Assembly (NCBI RefSeq): GCF_006345805.1
Contig: NC_042997.1
Location: 149,420,001-149,484,000, forward strand
Direction of reading: 5' to 3'
Length of the DNA stretch: 64,000 bases
From: Octopus sinensis
Taxonomy: Eukaryota
Numbering within the stretch: the stretch's first letter is position 1; each line of letters opens with the position of its first letter. Of the stretch, positions 55,990-64,000 are shown one piece after another. Under the pieces are notes generated by a model that did no database searches, was not told where the DNA came from, and worked only from the letters and a program-made list of their open reading frames with translations. The translations under genes were made by a program, and so were the position numbers.

Positions 55990-56900
55990 GCAAATTTTCC
56001 ACCACTTTTTTTTTTCAAAATATCTCTATGAACGTAGCACATTAGAATACTATTCAAACTATCCTGAGTTATGGTCGATCACAGCCAAGTTTTGAGTCAA
56101 CGCAAAGCTCTAAAAGATCTTTCAGCTTCACAAGAACTGGTTGGAAACAGTAAAAGTAGCCTGAGCGATCGCTCAATATTTGGAGATATGCGGCGGACTC
56201 CTGTTTGCATTTTACCGAATATTTTACGATGATCCTTGAGAGATGATCGACTATGATGATTTCTATAAAGATGTATTTCGTTCGTTATAGAAAAGTCATC
56301 AAGCTCAGGATACTGATCTCTTCAGCACAAAAATTTCCATTGAGTAAAATATTGCTTAATTTTTCAGAATCTGCTAAATCTTGTAAAAGAAATATTCTTT
56401 CAAATTTGCTATAACAGTATTCACTAACTGCAAATATAGCACTCTGTAATGATCCCAAACAGTGTAGTGTTGACATTTTAACGCATTTCCTTCCTAGTAT
56501 CTTTTACGGACTTTTCGTTGCCTGTGTCGCTCCAAAGAAGAAATATTGAGTTGACAAACCAGTTTTATACTGTACTGAACAGCACCTCAAATTTATCTTC
56601 ATTGCGTAGATTTTTTAGCTCCTTCTGCGGCAGTTTGATATTACGCAACATAACACCTAGATTGACGATGGTACTTTGTTTTACAATTGGGAAAACCTAA
56701 TGGAGATAAAAGATGGTTTGTCCTCCATTCCTGGTACCCCCATAAACCAAGGCCCTTGGTTCTATGTATGGCGCAGGTATAAAGAAGAACAGAAATGAGG
56801 TTTAAATTTCACGATTGCTGTTTCGGAAGAATTTTTTGATGTATTCATAGATTACAACATAACTTGTAGTCCACCATCTTCAGTTAAATTTCAAGCAGAT
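55990..56900 (-). mobile_element. hAT transposase remnant (C-terminal half including dimerisation domain)
   Basis: Minus strand KELKNLRNEDKFEVLF, RHRQRKVRKRY, YPELD, and PNIERSLRLLLLFPTSSCEAERSFRALR*LKTWL*STITQDSLNS (hAT dimerisation motif ERSFSxLxxxKTxLRSTM). Confidence 0.8.
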
Positions 56901-59670
56901 ATGTCGGTTGGATATCGTTACGATCGACGAAGCACACATGTTTGATACCGTTTTATATCTTTGCCTGAATATGGTGAATGATATGTTATATTGTATGAAC
57001 ACATCGATAAAATACTGCCGATGCTGCTTTCGCAAATTTTAAGCGGCAGTCGTTTTCTTTATCTATACATACATACACACATACACTCATATACTAAGCA
57101 CACGCACAAATACGCTTTAGTACGTGTTCATGTGCGTTTGTGTGATTATATTTATGAAACTTTTAATTTACTTGTTTAGCTGATCCCTGTCATTTACGTT
57201 ACGAAAGCTGGCTGGAGGTAGCGACTCTTTCAATTCGTATGAACACAAATGAATGATCAAACATATATGTGCGTTTTATATTGCTTTTGTTTATGTACAC
57301 ATTTAGCATTTCTTTTGTTTGTATGATTTTCTTTCAAAAACGGATATCATAAATTATTTTCAAGTTGAATTCAATCTTCAGGAAGCTTGCAAGTAAATAC
57401 CGATTTTCTCACCTACCAGCTATAAATCAAAATATTTTCTAGTGGATTTCAATGCTGAAACACCTCTTAATACTTAATGAAAATGACCCAATTTTATCGT
57501 CTGGAAGACCTGCATTAGGCACCTTATGTTTTAGAGAACTTAACAGTCGCATTATTGTTTTGAAATCGTTGTGAATGTTGAATGTCACGAAATCATTGGA
57601 TATATAAACTAATACTATATTGCTCACTACATAAAAGTATACAAACATATATGCACTTATATACCTATAAATATGTTTCATATATAGATACATATATGTG
57701 TGAGTTTGTGTGTGTTGGTGTGTGTGTGTGTGCATGTGCGTGTGTGTATGAACATAAGCATATATATACATACATATAAATAATCTTATAATATTTTGCG
57801 TTTTTCTCCTAATTCTATTACATTGAAATTTTAAGAAACCTATTATATATAAGAAACTTTTTATAGATTAGAGATGTATGCACATAAGAGCGAGATGTTT
57901 ATAACCATGAGCTATTTACATTGATAAATAATTCAAATTTTAGATCAACTGTATTTCTTTGATCTGTATTTTATTATAATAGCTATTTTCAGCATAAGTC
58001 GCATACTCAGCTTTTATTTTACTTGATAAAATTCAGTTTTACAAATAGATAAATGTAAGCTTTGGTTTAAAGAATTTAACAGAAAATTTAACTTCTTGTA
58101 GAAAACATTATAGTAACTGGTTAGTGTGGGAATAAAAGAAACAGGTTATGGCACTATGGAATGAGGAAAAACGCACATGTATCCGCATATTTATTTTTAT
58201 TTTTTGGTGGCGGAGTGGGTTCATAATAATGTGATATATTTCAAAAAATATATTGTCGGACATGTTTTAACTTCCTTACCTAAAAAGGATACCCGAGCGA
58301 AACATTATCAAAGTGAAATATTTCGAAAATATATCAGTAGTAGCGATGTTATTCAAACACAGTAAAAGGTAATTTCAAAACATGCAATTCATTCTCTCTC
58401 TATGTAAATATATACGGTTAGGGAGTGAAATTAACTTTGTGGTTCAACGGATGAATAGCAATGTATATTTTTGACGTATTAAATTCATAAAAATATATGC
58501 ATTAATAGAAATGTTAATGCATCAGCGGAAATAACTGACATGTACGAATGTTATCAGATTGGATAAATATCGTAATGACAGATGTACAAAAAGCCATATG
58601 TAAAAATATTCTTAATAATTTCTTTTTTCCCTCATTGCAAGAGAAACTTAAACAAAAGGCGATCGGCAATTATTAGCCAGTGGTAAAATACGAATTAATC
58701 TGTTTTTATCTTTGTTTATAGGCAGATGACATTTACGCATATATTTCATCAGTATATAATACTATGTACAAATACATTTTATATGAATTTTAAATATAGC
58801 AGTCACAAAAAACAAAATTTTCAATTATGAATTACATCAGATTTAAAGCGTGTAATTCAAGGGACATCATTCAAGTAAGGCAATAGCCAAAATATAAGTA
58901 AATCAAGAAGTAATCTACTGAATACTGTGCGTATAACATATTTGACTGAATTTTCCGACTAATATTACTATAAAAAATGAAATGCCTTGTGAGTTTTGCT
59001 AGCGTTACTCCATTAAGAGCAGAAGTTAGAAATAACTATGATATTTCTAAGTTATCCTTAAGCATCTAAATTGAATTTCAGGCATTATTACATGTATGTA
59101 TTTTATTATAATCTTTATTGCTTTCTCGCTCTGCTTTTTATTTTCCCACACGGTGTGAAACAACTGGTAGCAGACATGTAGGCACTTTCACTTTCACTTT
59201 CACTGGATAATGTTGTAATGGGATGATGAGTCGTTGGAGGTTAGCATATGCATACATTCAAACACAAATATATATAGCTAGAAGGAGATGACGAAAGAAT
59301 GTGTGAGATAGAGACAGAAATGCTATATTAAAATAAATGACATATATTTGAAATAAAGAATAAATTCCTCAGAGTGAAGTAGTATTATTGTCAATAAAAG
59401 AAATAATTTTTCATAATGATATAACAATTGGACAGGATTGGATTGCCTATATTCAATCCTCTGTAGGTTGAACCCCTCAGTATTTTTACAACAGCCTGGA
59501 TCTGTTGTGGAGACTGTGAGCTTGAGATTGTACTAGTTCCATGGGCCTACTCAGTCGCACTGGTCTGACATGGATTGACAGATGGGTGCAAGCTCTGTGC
59601 TCAACAAGTACTTTTTCTAACGACTCCGATATAAGTAAAGGAAAAGTCAGCCTTGGTGGAGGTTAAACAA

Positions 59671-60085
59671 AGAACGTAGCGACAGACGAAATACCTATTT
59701 CTTTATTACCCACAAGAGGCTAAACACAGAGCGGACAAACAAGGACAGACATAGGTATTAAGTCGATTACACCGACCCCAGTGCGTAACTGGTACTTAAT
59801 TTATCGACCCCGAAAGGATGAAAGGCAAAGTCGACATCGGCGGAATTTGAACTCACAACGTAACGGCAGACTAAATACCTATTTCTTTATTACCCACAAG
59901 GGGCTAAACATAGAGGGCACAAACAAGGACAGACATAGGTATTAAGTCGATGACATCGACCCCAGTGCGTAACTGGTACTTAATTTATCGACCCCGAAAG
60001 GATGAAAGGTAAAGTCGACCTCGGCGGAATTTGAACTTACAACGTAACGGCAGACCGCTAAGTACTACGCTTCTACCGACTCGCT
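59671..60085 (-). repeat. head-to-tail tandem of a 184 bp SINE-derived unit (2 full copies plus flanking parts)
   Basis: CCTATTTCTTTATTACCC at 59694 and 59878; the unit is the 9097-9329 family minus its 5' head. Confidence 0.88.
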
Positions 60086-61265
60086 GACTTGATATATCAA
60101 TAATGTTGTGTTTTATTTGCATTTGTTTATAAACACCCCTTTCTTCTTGTTGAGATTCCTGCATTTGTTTATTCAAAGTAGTAAAAATGAGTGTCTTATT
60201 ATGTTTGATAAAAACATTTTATCGGCGCAAAAACAATTCTTGCGAAAAAGGCTCTGCGCAGAATCAGGCGAGTCATCTCGCTAATGCCAAATCCCCGATT
60301 CCATACCCCCACCCCCGCTCAGTAATAATTGTCTAGTTATTTAATTTGTATTTTTCCTGCAATTCTTAAATTGTGAATTTTGCATATAGCATTCAGCACT
60401 ATCATTCACTAATTTATTTATCTCATTTCCTGCTTTTAAACCATTTCATTTCTTTTCCTCGGGTAATTTTCTTTTGTAACCATACAATTATTTCTTACGA
60501 ACATATATTTAAGAACATATATTTTAGTTAATCGCATTTTTGAGGATTTCGCTTGAAATCACCAGAGTAAAACTCATAAATATGTCATTCTTTATTCTCT
60601 TCATTTCTTATTAAAATCTCTTTTCAAATATTACATATAATTCCTAGTGCAGCTAACAATCATTTTTTTGTCTAATTATAGAAATATAAAGAATGAAAAA
60701 TATTCCAATAAATCTGAAACATGGATTTAGTTGAACCATAGAAATTTAGTACACAAATATATTTGATTATTATAGAGTTCTTTATTTAACATTGTATGGT
60801 TCATTATAAAGTATGAAATGTGAAAAATAATATGTATACGTTCTGTAAATCATAACACATATTGTGAAATATGTGCCAAAATTCAATTCTATATTAGTTT
60901 TCAAAACTCTGAAAATATAATTATATTTTGAGAAACCGTGGCATACTCATAGTATCACATTTTTCATCGTGGATATGATAGAATAATAATCAAATACGGG
61001 ATAAGTACCTCACATATATCACCGGAAGATTATTGGGTATACTATAGCCCTGATACACCCTGCTTCAAGGGAACCCGAATAGGAGGCTTAAGAATTTTGA
61101 AATTTCGATCATAGATCCCTATAAATTTACACCAATATTTTAGCTGCAGGCACTCACACGCTTAAGCACGTACATATCTTTATAGACAGAAATAAGCATG
61201 CAAACGCATATAAACGTACATGTATTAATATTAATTTGTATGTATTTGTATGTGATTACGAGAGA

Positions 61266-61306
<41 letters not shown>

Positions 61307-61369
61307 ATACGTGCAAAACGCGCCCCCCCCGCTCAATGGACAGCGCTGAGTTGTCAAACATTTAAACTA

Positions 61370-61684
61370 AATTATCCCAAAGCAACTTGTCCGTCAGTCC
61401 CATAGGCCTCCTCTTTGAGAAACACTGATTTAACCTAAATTTGAGACACCAACAAAAGAAGAAATAAAGATAGACTTTTTTCTATTCCAAGAAAAACGAA
61501 TTTCCAAATGAACGTTCCCACAACTATATCGATCGCATTTTCACCTGGAATCGATTTTTGTAATTTTTTAAAGACTTATACGCGTCCTGATACCGTCGGT
61601 ATCTACATATCAAATTTGAGCGCAATCGGACGCAGGATGACCAAGATCCTAGAAGACACACACAGAGACAGGGAGAACGGATTT

Positions 61685-61700
<16 letters not shown>
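61370..61700 (+). mobile_element. possible non-autonomous Helitron-like (DINE/HINE-type) 3' end
   Basis: CAAATTTGAGCGCAATCGGACG..GACACACACAGAGACAG..TTTTATATA resembles the 3' architecture at 37.7 kb. Confidence 0.35.
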
Positions 61701-61743
<43 letters not shown>

Positions 61744-62105
61744 TGTATGTATGTATGTATGTATGTATGTATATATATATATATGGAAAGAGAGAGAGAG
61801 AGAGAGAGAGAGAAAGATTTCAAATATTCATCAATTTAATCGGTACGCGCATGAATTTTGATCTTTTCATCTATTCATGCTCAAGCACATCCTATGCTCA
61901 GTTTCAAGCGTATAAAAAACGTACATATGAAAAACGAATACTGCGAATGAAGTGTATTCTAATCATTGGTAAAGTAATGCTTGTCGGTATTTTAATGTAA
62001 AACATATTCACTACGCCGATCACGAATTATCTTGACCTGATTCTATAAGGAAATTATTCAATAAATTTCTGTAGATAGATTCGTCTGTTACTACTAGCTC
62101 TAGAA

Positions 62106-62106
<1 letters not shown>

Positions 62107-62177
<71 letters not shown>

Positions 62178-62215
62178 CAACAATAATAATAATGATGATG
62201 ATGATGATGATGATA
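62107..62215. repeat. (AAT)n-(AAC)-(AAT)-(GAT)n compound microsatellite
   Basis: Direct reading. Confidence 0.9.
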
Positions 62216-62440
62216 AAAAGCAAAACAAAAGAAGAGTGCCATTGTCATCAAATTAACAATATTTTGACATCTCGTATGTCTTCCACAGGTTCAAAAATTA
62301 AACGTATCAATCGACTTCATTTTGGTTATTATTTATAGGATCGAGGTAACTTTTCCAGAAGACATATAAGCAAAAAAAAAAGAAGAGTGCCATTGTCATG
62401 AAGTGAACGATATTATCTTTTCGAAGAGTTACCTCGTTCC

Positions 62441-62485
<45 letters not shown>

Positions 62486-62559
62486 TAATAAGGGGTATAT
62501 GGGGTATTTGTTAGTGATAGGACTTCCGTTCACCATCCGTCGCATGCCAAGAGCATGGA

Positions 62560-62716
62560 TGATGATCACTAGTTCACAACAAAATCTCAACTCTCACTTG
62601 TGACTCCAAGGAGTCGGTTGTTTCTTTACTTCTTGTAATTCTGCCTTGATAGTCCCTATCCACATTGCATCCCTTTTATGCACCACATTGTTTCCCCATA
62701 ATCCGCTCCAGAACTC
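62560..62716 (-). mobile_element. decayed Dong/R4-like pre-RT fragment continuing from the left palindrome arm
   Basis: Minus strand EFWSGLWGNNVVHKRDAMWIGTIKAELQEV resembles the FWxxIW...HNxxAxWL segment upstream of RT in RLE LINEs. Confidence 0.5.
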
Positions 62717-62973
62717 CCTATTCACCTGCGAACGTTTTACACCGCCTTCCACGACTATCAAATTCTTACAATTATGAGAATATTAACATGGCTCTTTTCA
62801 AGGCAACCTCGCATTCAATTCTTACACCATTCAACGAGGGGTTAGGAACCCATTTACACGGCTTTCTATACACTTACAAATACATTCATTCGCCGTAAAC
62901 TTATATCAACATCATAATTCAGTGCAATCATTAACAGTACTTTCAAGCAATTCAGCCCCGAGCAATTCTGCTA

Positions 62974-63022
<49 letters not shown>

Positions 63023-63311
63023 ATATATATTATATATATATATATATATATACTAGCAGAATTGCTCGGGGCTGAATTGCTTGAAAGTACTGTTAATGAT
63101 TGCACTGAATTATGATGTTGATATAAGTTTACGGCGAATGAATGTATTTGTAAGTGTATAGAAAGCCGTGTAAATGGGTTCCTAACCCCTCGTTGAATGG
63201 TGTAAGAATTGAATGCGAGGTTGCCTTGAAAAGAGCCATGTTAATATTCTCATAATTGTAAGAATTTGATAGTCGTGGAAGGCGGTGTAAAACGTTCGCA
63301 GGTGAATAGGG
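62716..63311. repeat. perfect palindrome: two 259 bp arms around a 78 bp (TA)n
   Basis: 62716-62974 is the reverse complement of 63053-63311; ORFs 62665-62898(+) and 63129-63329(-) share an identical 60 aa stretch. Confidence 0.95.
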
Positions 63312-64000
63312 TCTCTTCGTTTTCCACAAACGGCAGCGGATATGCTGTTACAAAATGCCCTATGAATGGCTGCCCTATGTAGGCAAGAGGGGAATGAAGC
63401 ATGGGTAAGTAAATATGGGTAATTTATAAAATATAGAACAATAGCATCTACTCACCATATGTCAGACCGGCAAGACTGTGATGGTACTGAATAGATAAAT
63501 CACAACACAGTGGTGGAGATGTTTTCATTGATGGGCGTTATGATTAAATTTGTTGTTGTATAAAATGATCTGTTGCTTAGTTTCGAAAGTGTATTTTGCA
63601 ATCGTGTTGTCGCTTATTTAAACTTTAACAGTGATAGTGTAGATGTAGGGGGTAGATGTGTCATGTACGTTGGATATAGAAGATGAGGCTGGTGGTTTGA
63701 TGATGAATGGATAGAAATAGAGGTGAGCGAAAGACAGGTGTTGGTTAAGTGTGAATTAATGTCATGAAACGCCTAAAATTGTAAATGCCATCATAAAAGA
63801 GAGTCGTATGTAAGTGAAATACTAACGTGTTCGAAAATGATGAAACGTAGTAATCCTATAAAACCTCCTTGTACACAATGTTTTTTGTTTTTCGTTGTGG
63901 AACGAATGCGAAAGCATCACTGTTGCTGCCGACACACGAGCAGGCAACATAACGCTAACCATGAGAGAAACATGGCTCTCCCAGGTGCAAGGAGGATGTG

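Noticed and set aside
57340-57392. GCTTCCTGAAGATT on the minus strand, similar to the 17.6 kb hammerhead start
   Set aside because: No complementary GAAGC stem I strand and no valid stem III
63337-63404. Possible micro-exon RICCYKMPYEWLPYVGKRGMKH with a GG|GTAAGT donor and a GKR amidation-like motif
   Set aside because: Only 68 nt, no homology recognised, and adjacent to a rearrangement junction; such signals arise by chance in 64 kb

Overview
AT-rich, microsatellite-dense eukaryotic DNA that is non-coding or intronic. The tRNA-derived SINE families, abundant (TA)n/(CA)n/(TATC)n and decayed Dong/R4-like LINEs suggest an octopus (coleoid cephalopod) genome; this is inference, not a database match. 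No intact host protein-coding gene was recognised, and most ORF-track entries are translated microsatellites. Recognisable content is decayed mobile elements: a Penelope-like RT remnant (1-866), CR1-type and Dong/R4-type LINE fragments, two mariner, one Tc1 and one hAT transposase remnants, MITEs and many SINEs. The main unexpected signal is a set of type I hammerhead ribozyme (HHR) motifs found by eye, most with the short palindromic stem III typical of Penelope-like pseudo-LTRs and retrozymes. Four separate head-to-head fold-back structures (13.3-13.7, 14.0-17.7, 50.5-51.0 and 51.1-52.6 kb) carry an outward-pointing HHR motif in both arms and are bounded by or close to (TA)n. One is a tandem array of a ~490-500 bp HHR-containing unit, i.e. 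a candidate retrozyme that could yield circular RNA. A second class of palindromes lacks ribozymes and is centred on TA repeats (24 bp, ~165 bp, ~600 bp). Ribozyme folds were assigned manually and are untested; near-identical inverted repeats could be read or assembly artefacts.
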